Assembly: GCA_034435015.1 (NCBI GenBank)
Contig: DAOTYH010000062.1
Location: forward strand, 1,219-65,218
Reading direction: 5' to 3'
Length of the DNA stretch: 64,000 nucleotides
From: Anaerolineae bacterium
Lineage (GTDB): Bacteria; Chloroflexota; Anaerolineae; Aggregatilineales; UBA3940
Part shown: piece after piece, positions 38,185 to 46,390 of the stretch
Numbering within the stretch: the stretch's first letter is position 1
Layout: every line of letters starts with the position of its first letter
Position numbers and translations under genes: made by a program
Notes under the pieces: model-generated
Databases searched by the model: none
Seen by the model: the letters and a program-made list of their open reading frames with translations, nothing else
Told to the model about the DNA's origin: nothing

Positions 38185-38296
38185 GCTTTCTCGTATCGTC
38201 TTGAATGTCTTAAGCAGGCCAGCCTGATAGCTGGCCTGCTTGTTACCCCATGTTACAATACATTGTACCCCCGTCTTTTGGTAAGGAGAGTGGCTA

Positions 38297-39070
38297 ATGC
38301 GGATACCCGTGCTGGCTGGCAACTGGAAAATGTATAAGACCGTCACCGAGGCGCTGGATTTCGCCGCGGCAGTCAAGGGGCCACTGGCCGATCTCACAGG
38401 AGTTGAGAAAGCCATTTGTGCCTCCTTTGTGTCCTTGTCACCTTTAGCCGAAGCCTTGCGGGGCACAGGCATCAAGCTGGGCGCTCAAGATATGCACTGG
38501 GAAGAGCAGGGGGCTTTTACAGGCGAAGTATCGCCGCTAATGCTCAAGGGTCTGTGTGATTTGGTGATCATCGGCCACTCAGAGCGGCGGCAATATTTCG
38601 GCGAGACAGATGAGACCGTCAACAAGAAGATCAAGGCCGCTCTGACGCACGGCATCACCCCCATCGTATGTGTCGGCGAGAGTCTGGAGCAGAACCGTGC
38701 CGGCGAGACCGAGGCATTTGTCAGCAAGCAGGTGCAGGCCGCTTTTGATGGGATCACGGCTGAACAGGCACGCGGGATCATCGTTGCCTATGAGCCGATC
38801 TGGGCTATTGGTACGGGGCTGGCCGCTACCCCTGATGACGCCAATCGCATCATTGGCCAGGTGGTACGTGCTACTCTGGCCAAGCTGTATGGGGATGAGG
38901 CCGCTCAGGCCATGCGTATCCAGTATGGCGGTAGTGTGAACGTCAAGAACGTTGAGGAATTGATGATACAACCTGAGATTGACGGCGGGCTGGTAGGCGG
39001 TGCATCATTGAAGCCGGACGACTTCATAACGTTGGTTAAGGTCACCGCTCAGGCCAAAGGGTTGGCATAG
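38297..39070 (+). CDS. tpiA: triosephosphate isomerase
   Basis: The sequence shows AGNWKMYK, IIGHSERR, VAYEPIWAIGTG and YGGSV. Confidence 0.95.
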   Translation: MRIPVLAGNWKMYKTVTEALDFAAAVKGPLADLTGVEKAICASFVSLSPLAEALRGTGIKLGAQDMHWEEQGAFTGEVSPLMLKGLCDLVIIGHSERRQYFGETDETVNKKIKAALTHGITPIVCVGESLEQNRAGETEAFVSKQVQAAFDGITAEQARGIIVAYEPIWAIGTGLAATPDDANRIIGQVVRATLAKLYGDEAAQAMRIQYGGSVNVKNVEELMIQPEIDGGLVGGASLKPDDFITLVKVTAQAKGLA

Positions 39071-39125
39071 CCGGCTCAGGGGGCGTACGTCTCTCTGGCC
39101 TGTGCCGGTGGTGAGGTAAGGCAAC

Positions 39126-39893
39126 ATGCCCGACTGGATCATCCCGTGGATACTAGCCGCTCTGGCGATATGGCCGCTGGTACAGCTCGAACGTTGGATA
39201 CATAAACACGTTCAGGGGCTGGGTCTATTGTTGACCAACAATCCGCAAGCCGCCGTATTGATATACTATCTGGCTCTCCTACCTGGGGTCGCACTTCATG
39301 AGGGGAGCCAGTGGCTGATGGCTCAGATTCTGCGGGTCAGGGTTAAGAGGTTCCGGATATGGCCGGAGAAACAGCGTGATGGCGTGATCCGGCTGGGGCT
39401 GGTCGAGATCGAGCCGGATACTGACAGTGTACGCGCTACGCTGGTCGGCATGATCCCTCTGATCGCGGGAGTAGCTGTCATTGCCTTGATCAGTGCCACT
39501 CACTTCGATACCGACATGTTGCTGGCTTCACTGCTGGGTGGTGATCTCCCTGTCATGATCGCTGGTATCAGGGCATTCACAGCCGCACCAGATTTCTGGC
39601 TGTGGGTCTACCTGATCTTTGCAATTGGTAATGCCATGCTCCCTGAAGAACATGACCGGATCAACTGGTGGTTGTTGATAGGCGTAGTTGCTGGCATAAC
39701 TATCGCTTTGTTGCTACTCGATCTCAACATCCTGATTCAGGCATGGCTGGAAGGCCCGCTGGCACAATTAGCCCGATGGCTAAGTCTCGCCCTGATCATG
39801 GTGCTGGCCATTGACCTGATATGCATGGGGCTGATGGCTGGAGCTGAGGCATTGTTTAGCCGTCTCTTGAATCGGGAGATCGAATATCATTAG
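39126..39893 (+). CDS. polytopic membrane protein, possibly a degenerate site-2-protease (M50)-like protein
   Basis: 255 aa with 5-6 hydrophobic segments. LPGVALHEGSQWLMA sits where M50 proteases have HExxH (here HEGSQ). AIGNAMLPEEHD resembles the NxxPxxxxDG block. There is no soluble domain. Confidence 0.4.
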   Translation: MPDWIIPWILAALAIWPLVQLERWIHKHVQGLGLLLTNNPQAAVLIYYLALLPGVALHEGSQWLMAQILRVRVKRFRIWPEKQRDGVIRLGLVEIEPDTDSVRATLVGMIPLIAGVAVIALISATHFDTDMLLASLLGGDLPVMIAGIRAFTAAPDFWLWVYLIFAIGNAMLPEEHDRINWWLLIGVVAGITIALLLLDLNILIQAWLEGPLAQLARWLSLALIMVLAIDLICMGLMAGAEALFSRLLNREIEYH

Positions 39894-40030
39894 GAGCTGA
39901 CCAAGACTCAGAAGGAGCGCCTGTAGCCATCGCTTGAAAAGATCGCACATTTGGTGTTAAAACAGACGCGCCCTCCTGATAAGAGGGATCGAGGAGTTTG
40001 TCTTAACGAGTTGAAGTAAGGAGATTGTCA

Positions 40031-40783
40031 ATGAATAAACTTGTACTCCTCAGGCATGGAGAAAGTACTTGGAACAAGGAAAATCGATTCACAGGCTGGA
40101 CGGATGTTGATCTTTCTGAAAAGGGGATCGAAGAGGCAAAGGAAGCGGGGCGCATCCTCAAGCAGGAGGGCTATACCTTCGATATAGCCTTTACCTCAGT
40201 GCTTAAGAGGGCTATCCGCACATTGTGGATCGTGCTGGATGAGATGGATTTGATGTGGATACCCGTTGTCCGTCACTGGCGCCTGAACGAGCGCCACTAT
40301 GGGGCTTTGCAGGGTCTCAACAAGGCGGAAATGGCAGAAAAGTACGGCGAGGAGCAGGTCCACCTATGGCGGCGCAGTTATGATGTTCCCCCTCCTCCGC
40401 TGGATATAACCGATGAGCGGTGGCCGGGCCATGACCCGCGCTACAAGAATCTTGATCCCAAAGACATCCCGCAGTCGGAGAGCCTGAAAGATACCGTCAA
40501 GCGGTTCTTGCCCTACTGGCATGAGACTATTGCGCCAACGGTCAAGTCCGGACAGAGGGCTATTGTTGTCGCTCATGGCAATAGCCTGCGGGCGCTGGTC
40601 AAGTATCTTGATAATATCTCGGACGCCGAAATCCCCGGCCTGAATATTCCGACCGGCATCCCTCTTGTATACGAATTTGATGATGATATGAACCCGCTGA
40701 CCCACTACTATCTGGGCGACCCAGAAGCGGTTGCAAAGGCGGCACAGGCTGTGGCCAATCAGGGCAAAGCGAAGAAATCCTGA
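40031..40783 (+). CDS. gpmA: 2,3-bisphosphoglycerate-dependent phosphoglycerate mutase
   Basis: ATG at 40031 follows AAGGAG. The sequence shows [29 protein letters not shown] and [10 protein letters not shown]. Confidence 0.9.
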   Translation: MNKLVLLRHGESTWNKENRFTGWTDVDLSEKGIEEAKEAGRILKQEGYTFDIAFTSVLKRAIRTLWIVLDEMDLMWIPVVRHWRLNERHYGALQGLNKAEMAEKYGEEQVHLWRRSYDVPPPPLDITDERWPGHDPRYKNLDPKDIPQSESLKDTVKRFLPYWHETIAPTVKSGQRAIVVAHGNSLRALVKYLDNISDAEIPGLNIPTGIPLVYEFDDDMNPLTHYYLGDPEAVAKAAQAVANQGKAKKS

Positions 40784-40803
40784 GCGTAGATCATCACACG
40801 GCG

Positions 40804-40841
40804 AAGGCGCGGCAAGACCGGTTGCCGCGCCTTTGTTTTTG
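40804..40841 (+). terminator. rho-independent terminator of the glycolytic operon
   Basis: A 12-bp perfect stem (AAGGCGCGGCAA / TTGCCGCGCCTT) with a 6-nt loop is followed by TGTTTTTG. Confidence 0.8.
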
Positions 40842-40884
40842 CTGTGGAAGAAGAATGTCTCATGGGCCGGCGAAGGCCTATCTC

Positions 40885-41586
40885 CTATCCATCGGCGGGG
40901 ATTTTCATATTGCCTTCCCGCGGCCAAGCGGCATGCGGGCCAATGATAATCCCCCGCCCGGAAAAGCCCTGCATAAAGCGCACCGCTGGAATGCGGGCGC
41001 CCGCCTGCAAGGCTGTTGTCCGCCCTGACGGGTTATGGATAATGACATGGGTTACATCACGCCCCTTCAGTTCTACCCCCCAGACAACCACTAGATGCCC
41101 CGAACGGCGGGTCAGAGGCCCATCCTCCCCCAGCTCCGCCGATACCGATGCGATAATCACCTTCCCTGTCTGGATGATGCGGGCCAAGTCGGCAAGCGTT
41201 AGATCGCCGGCTAGCTCAGCCCAACAGCCCCGCTCAATGGCAAGCTGGGCCAGAGCTAGATGTTTCCAGCCTTTTTCGACAGGCTTATCAGGCCGGTCGG
41301 GGCGAAGCTCTGTCAGATAGCCATCCAGCATCAGCCCGGCCCGCACCCAGTCCATCACCGGCCCAGACGGCTGGCCGGTAATACCGTCCACTGCCATCTT
41401 CACACACACAACACCGCAGGAGCGCCATGCCCAATGAGCATACTCCTGCGGCGAGATCGCACCATATTCCAGCCAACGGGGATCGGTCCGAGGGTCCCGC
41501 TTGCCATGTACGAAGTCATGGACCAACTCAGGAGTGGCAAACTGGCAGATATATGGGATAGAGTAAGGGACAAGCAGGTCAGCCAT
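40885..41586 (-). CDS. papain-like cysteine peptidase, C39-like family (putative)
   Basis: The start is ATG at 41586. The sequence shows PYICQF..., a candidate catalytic Cys in WRSCGVVCVKMA, and a downstream His in RSGHLVVVWGV. This spacing fits Peptidase_C39_2-type proteins. Confidence 0.45.
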   Translation of the reverse strand: MADLLVPYSIPYICQFATPELVHDFVHGKRDPRTDPRWLEYGAISPQEYAHWAWRSCGVVCVKMAVDGITGQPSGPVMDWVRAGLMLDGYLTELRPDRPDKPVEKGWKHLALAQLAIERGCWAELAGDLTLADLARIIQTGKVIIASVSAELGEDGPLTRRSGHLVVVWGVELKGRDVTHVIIHNPSGRTTALQAGARIPAVRFMQGFSGRGIIIGPHAAWPREGNMKIPADG

Positions 41587-41645
41587 GTTGGGCAGATTGT
41601 AACGGCAACTGTGGCCGCGGGCTAGTGCCAGTTGAGGGAAGTGTG

Positions 41646-42791
41646 ATGCACCATTTTCTTCCTGTCCCAAAACAAAAACGACGCTGGGCAGGCAGTCTAT
41701 GGGTTGCTCTCTTGATCTTCTTCTCTGCCTGCCAGCAGGACATTGCCACTCCGCTGACCCAGCCTTACGTCTCTACAGCCGTGCCACGCCCGACGGTTAC
41801 ACCGTCACCCACTCCCACCGATGCCCCGCCGCCTTCTTCCACTCCAAGCATCACTCCTCTCCCAACATTGTCTCCCGATGCCATCACCGCACAGACCGCA
41901 GGTGACCTGGACCCAGCCTTATTCCTCTCTGGCCATCAGGGACCAGTCTACGGCGTAGCTGTGTCGGCAGATGGCCGGCTGATAGCCTCAGCCAGTACTG
42001 ACCGCCGGGTACGTCTCTTCGATGGGCTGAATGGTGATCTTCTGTCTGTGCTGGAACATCATCGGAACTGGGTTTATTGTGTGGCCTTCTCACCAGATGG
42101 GACACGGCTTGTCTCTGGCGGTCGCGACCGAACAGTTCAACTCTGGGATACGTCAACCGGTGAGCGCTTGATCGGCTCACGAACTTCGGGAGAAGTCTCA
42201 CAGGTAGCGTTTTCACCGGATGGCTCTCGGTTTGCCACAGTAGGCTACTACAGTGCCATTGGCAATGTATGGGACACACTCACAGGCGCACCGTTGTTCG
42301 AGCTGGAGGGACATCGTACCCGGCTCCGCAGTGTGGCATACTCACCCGACGGCCAATGGCTCGCTACCGGAGACCTGAACAGCTTGATCATCCTCCACGA
42401 CCCACAGACAGGGCAGATAGGCTTACAGCTCTATCAGGAGGGGGGGCAGGCCCTTAGTTTGGCCTTTTCGCCAGACAGCGCTTATCTCGTAGTGGGCACT
42501 GACCGGGGGGAAATCAGGTTATGGGATGTAGAGAGACAGCAAATCGTTGCTGTGTGGACGGCCCATTCAGGCGAGGTGTGGAGCCTGACTTACTCGCCGG
42601 ACGGCAGTTTGCTGATTTCGGCAGGCGGCGATGGGGCAATTCGGCTGTGGAACACAAACACCTACGAACGAATCCGTAGCCTGACGGCACATGGGGCTTC
42701 CGTGAGAAGCGTGGCTATTTCTGCAGACGGGACAACGCTAGTGTCGGGCGGGGATGATAACCGGGTGATCGTGTGGCGTATTGATCACTAG
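41646..42791 (+). CDS. secreted/lipid-anchored WD40-repeat protein (7-bladed propeller)
   Basis: ATG at 41646 follows GAGGGAAG. A signal-like segment ends in FFSAC (lipobox-like) and is followed by a Pro/Thr/Ser linker. About seven WD40 repeats follow (GHQGPVYGVAVSADGRLIASASTDRRVRLFD and others). Confidence 0.8.
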   Translation: MHHFLPVPKQKRRWAGSLWVALLIFFSACQQDIATPLTQPYVSTAVPRPTVTPSPTPTDAPPPSSTPSITPLPTLSPDAITAQTAGDLDPALFLSGHQGPVYGVAVSADGRLIASASTDRRVRLFDGLNGDLLSVLEHHRNWVYCVAFSPDGTRLVSGGRDRTVQLWDTSTGERLIGSRTSGEVSQVAFSPDGSRFATVGYYSAIGNVWDTLTGAPLFELEGHRTRLRSVAYSPDGQWLATGDLNSLIILHDPQTGQIGLQLYQEGGQALSLAFSPDSAYLVVGTDRGEIRLWDVERQQIVAVWTAHSGEVWSLTYSPDGSLLISAGGDGAIRLWNTNTYERIRSLTAHGASVRSVAISADGTTLVSGGDDNRVIVWRIDH

Positions 42792-42816
42792 CGAGGAGGG
42801 GCAGTATTCTCAATAA

Positions 42817-43014
42817 AAATGCGACTCCGTGATAAAGTTGTAGAGCCAAAACCAACAACAGAATCACGGAGCGCTGATGGACAGTATAACACAGATTCGG
42901 GTGGCGTGAGCACTGCGCCGTGCAGATTGACTATTCCGCCTGCTGTCACCACCGGCGTCCTCACCTGGCGCTGGGCATGCGCACCCCTGCTCAGGCCTTC
43001 GCGGAGTCGCATTT
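42817..43014. repeat. 13-bp perfect long-range inverted repeat enclosing ~172 nt of noncoding sequence
   Basis: AAATGCGACTCCG (42817-42829) and CGGAGTCGCATTT (43002-43014) are exact reverse complements. CTCCGTGAT (42826-42834) can alternatively pair with ATCACGGAG (about 42873). Confidence 0.6.
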
Positions 43015-43035
43015 GATATGACACATTGCGGAGCC

Positions 43036-43064
43036 TTGACATGACCCCGCAGGCGCGCTACCAT
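43036..43064 (+). promoter_or_regulatory. sigma-70-like promoter for the LysM-M23 gene (TTGACA-N17-TACCAT)
   Basis: TTGACA is at 43036-43041 and TACCAT at 43059-43064, about 75 nt upstream of the ATG at 43141. Confidence 0.4.
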
Positions 43065-43140
43065 TCAAGAATAGTCCATAACTCGAACACCCAGCCAGGA
43101 CGCAGTGCGCCTGGCCATTTAGTTGTCTGTGAGGGAGGCC

Positions 43141-44298
43141 ATGGATCACACAAATGAGCCGTTCTTCCCACGAAGGGGAATGTTGCAGGCTCTTCATGTC
43201 GTGGCAGACTTCTTTAGCCGTTACTTGACTCCCATCTCTGTGGCGGTAGTGATAGTCGGGCTGGCTCTGGTGATTGCAGGGCCGGTGCGAGCCATGTTCA
43301 GCGACCGCCTTGCGGCAGGGAGCAACGAGGGCGATGTGAGCGGTATCTCCGAATCTGAGGAGTCGCAGGTAGAGACCGCCATAGTAAATACAGCCTTGCC
43401 GTCTCAGACTGAGGATGACACGCTCGATCGGGCATTGGTGCCCTTTACCATTATCCCTGACCGCCCGCGTGATCGGGTCATCTCCTATACAGTCAAGCCG
43501 GGCGATACCTTGTTTGCCATCGCCAATGAGTTTGGCATTGACCCGAATACACTCTTCTGGTCAAACTCGGAGACACTGGGTGATAACGTTCACATGTTGC
43601 AGAACGGGATAGACCTGTTCATCCTGCCGGTTGACGGCGTCTATCACAAATCGGACGGGCAGCATACCCTCCAGTGGATCGCTGACCAATATCAGGCAGA
43701 TGTCAATGCCATCATTGACTCTGAATACAACGAACTGAGCGGCTATACTCCAGCCGACATCCCGCCGTGGGGAATGCGGATTGTGGTGCCCGGCGGACGG
43801 CGTGAGATCGTGGACTGGCGTCCTCCGATCATCGAAACGACTGACCAGAGCACAGGGCGGGTTGTACGCGGGTTCATGCCCGGCATGGGCGGCTCATGCG
43901 CCGCCGGCATCGTGGGGTCCGGCGGCACAGGCGGCTGGATTCCGCCCCTGTCTGCTTATGCCTTCACCCAGAGTTATTACCCTGGCCACTCTGGCGTGGA
44001 CTTGGCCGCTCCTGTAGGGACGCCTGTGTTAGCCGCTGATTCCGGCGTGGTGATCTTCTCTGGATGGACTGCGGCGGACTGGGGCTATGGTATTCTGGTG
44101 GTGTTGGATCATGGTAATGGATGGACGACCTACTACGCTCACCTCAGCGGGACCAATGTGGGTTGCGGGCAGTTTGTACCTCGCGGCGGCACAGTAGGAT
44201 ATGTAGGCACGACAGGGCGCAGTAGCGGCCCCCATCTCCACTTTGAGATGCGTTGGGGGCACGTACCCGACAACCCAGCTAACTATATCGGGTTCTGA
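43141..44298 (+). CDS. membrane-anchored LysM + M23 family metallopeptidase
   Basis: ATG at 43141 follows GAGGGAGG. A TM segment (ISVAVVIVGLALVIAG) and a LysM domain (YTVKPGDTLFAIANEFGIDPNTLFWSN) are followed by M23 motifs HSGVDLA and PHLHFEM. Confidence 0.85.
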   Translation: MDHTNEPFFPRRGMLQALHVVADFFSRYLTPISVAVVIVGLALVIAGPVRAMFSDRLAAGSNEGDVSGISESEESQVETAIVNTALPSQTEDDTLDRALVPFTIIPDRPRDRVISYTVKPGDTLFAIANEFGIDPNTLFWSNSETLGDNVHMLQNGIDLFILPVDGVYHKSDGQHTLQWIADQYQADVNAIIDSEYNELSGYTPADIPPWGMRIVVPGGRREIVDWRPPIIETTDQSTGRVVRGFMPGMGGSCAAGIVGSGGTGGWIPPLSAYAFTQSYYPGHSGVDLAAPVGTPVLAADSGVVIFSGWTAADWGYGILVVLDHGNGWTTYYAHLSGTNVGCGQFVPRGGTVGYVGTTGRSSGPHLHFEMRWGHVPDNPANYIGF

Positions 44299-44312
44299 GA
44301 TAAAGAGATCAG

Positions 44313-44352
44313 CACAGCGGCTGGCGCAGGGATAAAAACGCCAGCCGCTGTG
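44313..44352. terminator. hairpin between convergent genes (14-bp perfect stem)
   Basis: CACAGCGGCTGGCG (44313-44326) pairs with CGCCAGCCGCTGTG (44339-44352) around a 12-nt A-rich loop. Confidence 0.5.
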
Positions 44353-44408
44353 TCAGCAAAAATTGACAGATTCATACTTCCTGCTTAACTGTGCAGGAAA
44401 AGACCAGC

Positions 44409-44735
44409 TCAGACATTGACCTCCATGCGGGCTGAACGGCGGCGTGCTCTGGCCGCACCGCCGGAACCGCCTCCCCAGATCGCTGTAAGACCCAGCAGAA
44501 AGCCGAAGTTGTACCATCCGCCATTGTTATGAATCTCGTACATGGATACATTGTCCTTAAAAAGGGAGATGACGAACGTGATCGGCGCAATGATTCCATG
44601 CCAAAGTCCCAGCCAGAAGCCGGCGACATGTCCATCCTCGTCGGGGGTATTTGCCTGTTCGTTTGGGCCGGCGGCACAGCCAGTCAGTACTATCAGCACG
44701 AATACCAGTATGCCGGCGAAAAAGATGTATTTCAT
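44409..44735 (-). CDS. small lipoprotein/membrane protein, unknown function
   Basis: 108 aa. A signal peptide with lipobox LTGC is followed by two further hydrophobic segments and a Gly/Arg-rich tail. Confidence 0.45.
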   Translation of the reverse strand: MKYIFFAGILVFVLIVLTGCAAGPNEQANTPDEDGHVAGFWLGLWHGIIAPITFVISLFKDNVSMYEIHNNGGWYNFGFLLGLTAIWGGGSGGAARARRRSARMEVNV

Positions 44736-44858
44736 GGATTCCCTCGCATTGTGCTAGATAAAAATCCCTTTGCTGATAATAAGTACGTATTTGGAAGCTG
44801 GGCGTTACCTCACGGCATGGGTCTGAGGCTTATACTACAGGCGGAGCGTTTGTTAGCC

Positions 44859-45500
44859 CTAAGGTCGGCGCTGGAGTGCTTGCCGGAGGGCCGCCTCATC
44901 TAGGGGGCCAGGTCGTATAATTCGCAGGTCATCTCCGCTGGCATCTACAACTGTGGAGGGAATACCGCCGGGGCAGGGGCCGCCATCCAGCACTAGTTGG
45001 ACTGCGTCCCCCAGTGCAGAAGAGGCTTCCTGAGCGGTAAGGGGGCTAGCCGCACCAGATAAGTTGGCACTCGTGACGGCCAGTGCACCGCCGCAGGCCC
45101 GAATGACTGACCGTGTCCTCTCGTGGTTGGGGATGCGTACACCGATTGTAGGAAGTGCCGAGACAATTGCCGGAATACCTGCCCGTTTCGGTACGGCAAT
45201 GGTCAATGGGCCGGGCCAGAACACCTCTGCCAGCCGTCGAGCCATCTCCGGTACTTCGGAGGCCACCTTGGTTATATCCTCTAGATCGGCCAATAGTACT
45301 GGAATGGCGCGCTCTGGCGGGCGCTGTTTGGCAGAATAGAGCGCGGCGACCGCCTCCGGTTGCCACAGATCGGCGGCAACACCATAGACTGTATCGGTCG
45401 GCAGAATAACCAGCCCGCCCGCGCGGATCACCTCAGCGGCATAGGCAGGCGCACGCGGATCGTCAACAGAGAGCCATTGCGTGTTCATGTGTCTCTTCAC
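44859..45500 (-). CDS. tsaC: L-threonylcarbamoyladenylate synthase (YrdC/TsaC type, t6A biosynthesis)
   Basis: 213 aa with a YrdC domain only. The sequence shows VILPTDTVYGVAADL, WPGPLTIAVPK, GVRIPNH and TSANLSG. Confidence 0.85.
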   Translation of the reverse strand: MKRHMNTQWLSVDDPRAPAYAAEVIRAGGLVILPTDTVYGVAADLWQPEAVAALYSAKQRPPERAIPVLLADLEDITKVASEVPEMARRLAEVFWPGPLTIAVPKRAGIPAIVSALPTIGVRIPNHERTRSVIRACGGALAVTSANLSGAASPLTAQEASSALGDAVQLVLDGGPCPGGIPSTVVDASGDDLRIIRPGPLDEAALRQALQRRP

Positions 45501-46390
45501 ACTTCTACGCGGACAATACGATCAAGCCCTGCAAGGTCGGGCAGTAACGTGATCTGTGCCGTAGGGAAAGCCTGACGGCATAACTCCACCGCCCGCTTAC
45601 CCTGATCATACCCTATTTCCAGCGCGACCAGCCCGCCTGCCCTGATCAGCGGAGGGGCCTGCCTTAGTAATCTCCGGATCAGCTCAAGCCCGTCAGGGCC
45701 GCCATCTAGTGCGACACGAGGCTCCCAGCGCCCAACCTCAAGTGCTGACAGCTCCTCTTGGCTGATGTAGGGCAGGTTAGCCACAATTGCGTCGAACGGC
45801 CCATCCTGCCCTGATAACAGGTCTCCCTGAACAAAGGCAACGCGATCTGCAACCCCATGGCGCACCGCGTTACTGCGGGCTACCTCTAGAGCCTCCGCTG
45901 AGATCTCAATCGCTGTGAGACGGGCCAAGGGTAGCTCCAGAGCCAATGCAATAGCGATAGCCCCACTGCCTGTACCTACATCCGCCACTGATGGTGCGGG
46001 GAGTTCGTGCCGCCGGACCCAGTCTAATACTACCTCGACTAGGGCCTCTGTCTCCGGGCGGGGAATCAATACGTCCGGTGTAACGGCAAAGGGGAGTCCC
46101 CAGAACTCACGTTGGCCTACCAGATAGGCCAATGGCTCCCCGTCTGCGGCGCGGCTAAGCAGGGTCATAAAGCGCTCGCTCTGAGCGGCGGTTAAGGGGG
46201 TATCGCGATGAGCAAATAACCACGCTCGACCTTTACCTGTGACGTGTGCCAGTATAGCCTGCGCGGTTTCGAGCGTCAGGGTGGCCGGGTTAGCCTCACA
46301 GGCCTGACGCGCCCAAGCCAGCGCATCGCTGACCCTCTCGATGGTGACTTGCCTACCTGCCAACCATTGCCTCCCGTCGGGCCTGCTCAA
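45497..46390 (-). CDS. prmC: peptide chain release factor N5-glutamine methyltransferase
   Basis: The SAM motif is VADVGTGSGAIAIALA. The catalytic tetrapeptide reads NLPY (IVANLPYIS) instead of the usual NPPY. The 3' end overlaps tsaC by 4 nt. The start is uncertain: TTG at 46390 or TTG at 46363. Confidence 0.8.
   Translation of the reverse strand: MSRPDGRQWLAGRQVTIERVSDALAWARQACEANPATLTLETAQAILAHVTGKGRAWLFAHRDTPLTAAQSERFMTLLSRAADGEPLAYLVGQREFWGLPFAVTPDVLIPRPETEALVEVVLDWVRRHELPAPSVADVGTGSGAIAIALALELPLARLTAIEISAEALEVARSNAVRHGVADRVAFVQGDLLSGQDGPFDAIVANLPYISQEELSALEVGRWEPRVALDGGPDGLELIRRLLRQAPPLIRAGGLVALEIGYDQGKRAVELCRQAFPTAQITLLPDLAGLDRIVRVEV

Noticed and set aside
42819-43016. 65-aa plus-strand ORF exactly spanning the region between the inverted-repeat arms
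   Set aside because: The nearest SD-like sequence (GAGGAGGGG) is about 18 nt upstream, which is too far. The Pro/Thr/Arg-rich translation has no motif. The start and stop fall inside the repeat arms, probably by coincidence of the palindrome (ATGCGACTCCG / CGGAGTCGCAT).
42792-43140. c-di-AMP (ydaO-type) riboswitch upstream of the LysM-M23 peptidase; also checked upstream of 14459 and 28441
   Set aside because: This was expected from the known association with wall hydrolases and the presence of cdaA. However, the conserved sequence blocks I remember for the class are not present, and the predicted promoter lies downstream of the structured region. A covariance-model scan is needed for a definitive answer.
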